DNA of 32,000 nucleotides from Wigglesworthia glossinidia endosymbiont of Glossina morsitans morsitans (Yale colony) (GTDB lineage: Bacteria > Pseudomonadota > Gammaproteobacteria > Enterobacterales > Enterobacteriaceae): the NCBI RefSeq assembly GCF_000247565.1, contig NC_016893.1, positions 480,001-512,000 on the forward strand, written 5' to 3'. This document shows, piece after piece, positions 29,921 to 32,000 of the stretch. Each line of letters begins with the position of its first letter. Position 1 is the stretch's first letter. The position numbers were made by a program, and so were the translations under genes. The notes below the pieces were generated by a model. That model saw only the letters and a list, made by a program, of their open reading frames with translations. It did no database searches and had not been told where the DNA came from.

Positions 29921-30691
29921 TTAATTTTTTAGGTTCCAACTAATTTTTATACAATACCAAACTGATATATATAAAATAAAAATCATGCAAATCATAATTA
30001 CAAATGATAATGCAATAGATATATCTGTAATACCTAAAAAACCGTATCTAAATCCATTTACCATGTATACAATAGGATTAAAGCGGGAAATATTTTGCCA
30101 AAAAATAGGAAGTAGTTTTAATGAGTAAAATACTCCGCCTAAGTATGTGAGAGGTGTTAAAATAAAAGTTGGTATCATGCTAATATCGTCAAAATTTTTA
30201 GCAAATATTCCATTAAGCAATCCAGCAAGAGAAAAAAGAACAGCGGTTAATATTAGCACCAAAATGGTAATAGTCCATTGCTGAATGTGTATAGATAAAA
30301 AAAATAATGATACTATACTGACTAATGATCCTACAAAAATTGCTCGAATTACTCCGCCTCCTATATATCCGATAATAATAATATATGCTGGAACTGGAGC
30401 AACAAGAAGTTCTTCAATATTTTTTTGAAATTTTGCACTAAAAAAAGAAGATGCAACATTATTATATGCATTGGTTATTACAGACATCATAATCATTCCA
30501 GGTACAATAAATTCCATATAGGAAAATCCTTCTATTTTCCCGATTTTAGAACCAATTAAATTTCCAAAAATAATAAAATACAATATTATTGTAATTACTG
30601 GAGGCACCAAAGTTTGGCCCCAAATTCTGGTAAATCGTGTTATTTCTTTATATAAAATGCTTTTTAATGCAATTAAGTATGATTGTTTCAT
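29921..30691 (-). CDS. yadH: ABC-2 type transporter permease YadH
   Basis: 256 aa; YMEFIVPGMIMMSVITNAYNNVASSFFSAKFQKNIEELLVAPV, PLTYLGGVFYSLKLLP, NPIVYMVNGFRYGFLG. Confidence 0.93.
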   Translation of the reverse strand: MKQSYLIALKSILYKEITRFTRIWGQTLVPPVITIILYFIIFGNLIGSKIGKIEGFSYMEFIVPGMIMMSVITNAYNNVASSFFSAKFQKNIEELLVAPVPAYIIIIGYIGGGVIRAIFVGSLVSIVSLFFLSIHIQQWTITILVLILTAVLFSLAGLLNGIFAKNFDDISMIPTFILTPLTYLGGVFYSLKLLPIFWQNISRFNPIVYMVNGFRYGFLGITDISIALSFVIMICMIFILYISVWYCIKISWNLKN

Positions 30692-30708
30692 ATTTTTTCC
30701 ATAAATAC

Positions 30709-31617
30709 TTAATTTGATACTAAATGTAAAAATAATTCTTCTAATCGATTACTTTTATTTCGCATACTTATAACTTGAATATTTTTTGAATTTAATTGTA
30801 AAAAAAGATCATTTAATCCTTGATTTTTTTTTACTTCGACTTCTAGTAGAAAATTGTTCAAAATTTTAAAAGAATATCTATTCAATTTTATATTTGATAT
30901 ATTAGATGAAACGTCTAATATAAATTTTTCAGATTGTATTTTTGACAATAAGTTTTTAATTGAAGTATTTTCTATTAATATTCCTAATCTCATTATTCCA
31001 ATATGACGACATAGTATTTCTGCTTCTTCAAAATAATGCGTAGTTAATATTATAGTTTTTCCATTTTTATTAAAATTTATTAACAAACTCCAGATTAATC
31101 TTCTAATTTCTATATCTACTCCTGCTGTTGGTTCATCAAGAATTAACAATTTTGGTTCGTGTATTAGAGCGCGTGCAATCATTAATCGACGTTTCATCCC
31201 TCCAGATAACGTCCGTGCTGGTTTGTTTCTATAATCCCATAAATCTAATTGACTTAAGTATTTTTTTGCACGTATAATTGCAATATTTTTTTTAATACCA
31301 TAATACCCTGCTTGATTAACAATAATTTGTTTAATAGTTTCAAATGGACTAAAATTAAATTCTTGAGGTACAAGTCCAATCTTTCTTTTATAAGAAAATG
31401 GATTTTGATCTATATCTTCTCCAAAGATTTTTACTATACCTGAACTTTTTTTTATTAAACTACTTATTATTCCTATAATTGTAGATTTTCCGGCACCATT
31501 AGGACCTAGTAAAGCATAAAAATCCCCGACTTTTACTGTTAAATCAATTGATTCGATAGCGCAAAATTTTTTGTTGTATATTTTTTTTAATTTTTTTAAC
31601 TCTAATGCATATTTCAT
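30709..31617 (-). CDS. yadG: ABC transporter ATP-binding protein YadG
   Basis: ALELKKLKKIY, YALLGPNGAGKSTIIGIISSL (Walker A), LSGGMKRRLMIARALIHEPKLLILDEPTAGVD; start at the third Met of the track ORF (31644) matches E. coli YadG. Confidence 0.94.
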   Translation of the reverse strand: MKYALELKKLKKIYNKKFCAIESIDLTVKVGDFYALLGPNGAGKSTIIGIISSLIKKSSGIVKIFGEDIDQNPFSYKRKIGLVPQEFNFSPFETIKQIIVNQAGYYGIKKNIAIIRAKKYLSQLDLWDYRNKPARTLSGGMKRRLMIARALIHEPKLLILDEPTAGVDIEIRRLIWSLLINFNKNGKTIILTTHYFEEAEILCRHIGIMRLGILIENTSIKNLLSKIQSEKFILDVSSNISNIKLNRYSFKILNNFLLEVEVKKNQGLNDLFLQLNSKNIQVISMRNKSNRLEELFLHLVSN

Positions 31618-31832
31618 ATTTAATAATTTTAAATATTTTTTCAAAATTAAAATGAATTTTTAATATTTCGTAGATTAATAGTATGTATTCTAATCTTTTA
31701 AAAAGATACGCTTTATCTTTTAAAAATAACATTTAAAGAAATAATTTGTGTTAAAATTTTATTTTCATCAAATAATCTTTAGTAAAAAAATTTATATGCA
31801 TAGATTGATTTTGAAAAATCTGAAAATATACG

Positions 31833-32000
31833 CTATTTTGTAGAAATAATTTTGTTAAATCTTGTATGAAACTTATTTACTCTTCCTCTTGTATTTAAAA
31901 TACGCTGTGTTCCGGTGTAAAATGGATGACATTTACTGCATACATCTAGGTGTATACTTTTTTTTAAAGTAGATATTATTTCAAATGAGTTCCCGCATGT
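31833..32000 (-). CDS. rpmE: 50S ribosomal protein L31, C-terminal part, running off the right edge
   Basis: Manual translation: TCGNSFEIISTLKKSIHLDVCSKCHPFYTGTQRILNTRGRVNKFHTRFNKIISTK*; CSKCHPFYTG motif. Confidence 0.95.
   Translation of the reverse strand, partial: TCGNSFEIISTLKKSIHLDVCSKCHPFYTGTQRILNTRGRVNKFHTRFNKIISTK

Noticed and set aside
31544-31732. 62-aa minus-strand ORF overlapping the yadG start
   Set aside because: Out of frame with YadG and partly in AT-rich spacer; low complexity, no homology evident.
1-32000. Search for CRISPR arrays, transposases, phage genes, toxin-antitoxin, defence or biosynthetic clusters
   Set aside because: No spaced direct repeats, integrase or transposase motifs, or accessory cassettes seen; every sizeable ORF is a recognisable enterobacterial-type gene. 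I do not claim a new system here.

Overview
AT-rich window from a reduced, obligate-endosymbiont-like gammaproteobacterial genome. Gene content and sequences look Enterobacterales-derived; the exact genus cannot be assigned from the window alone. The ORFs can be recognised as housekeeping genes: pgk (partial), trxA, rho, wecE, tRNA-Arg/His/Pro, nfuA, fabA, dnaK, dnaJ, nhaA, rpsT, ribF, ileS, lspA, ispH, purT, waaA, coaD, glnS, efp, epmB, a membrane-anchored bactofilin-like gene, suhB, iscS, ung (frameshifted), dapE, yadH, yadG and rpmE (partial). I found no CRISPR array, mobile element, toxin/antitoxin or defence cassette, and no convincing novel multi-gene system. The items most worth a second look are: (1) SuhB has lost most inositol-monophosphatase metal ligands, including a D87N-type change, but keeps the fold; (2) ung is split at an A10 tract where one extra A or a -1 frameshift restores the ORF, and A13 tracts occur in-frame in coaD and right after the glnS start codon; (3) iscS has no C-terminal tail and no iscU downstream; (4) wecE is an orphan between rho and the argX-hisR-proM tRNA relic; (5) a bactofilin-like membrane protein is retained; (6) trxA has a CSPC active site; (7) a sigma32-like promoter sits upstream of dnaK at the edge of a ~1.27 kb ORF-free region.
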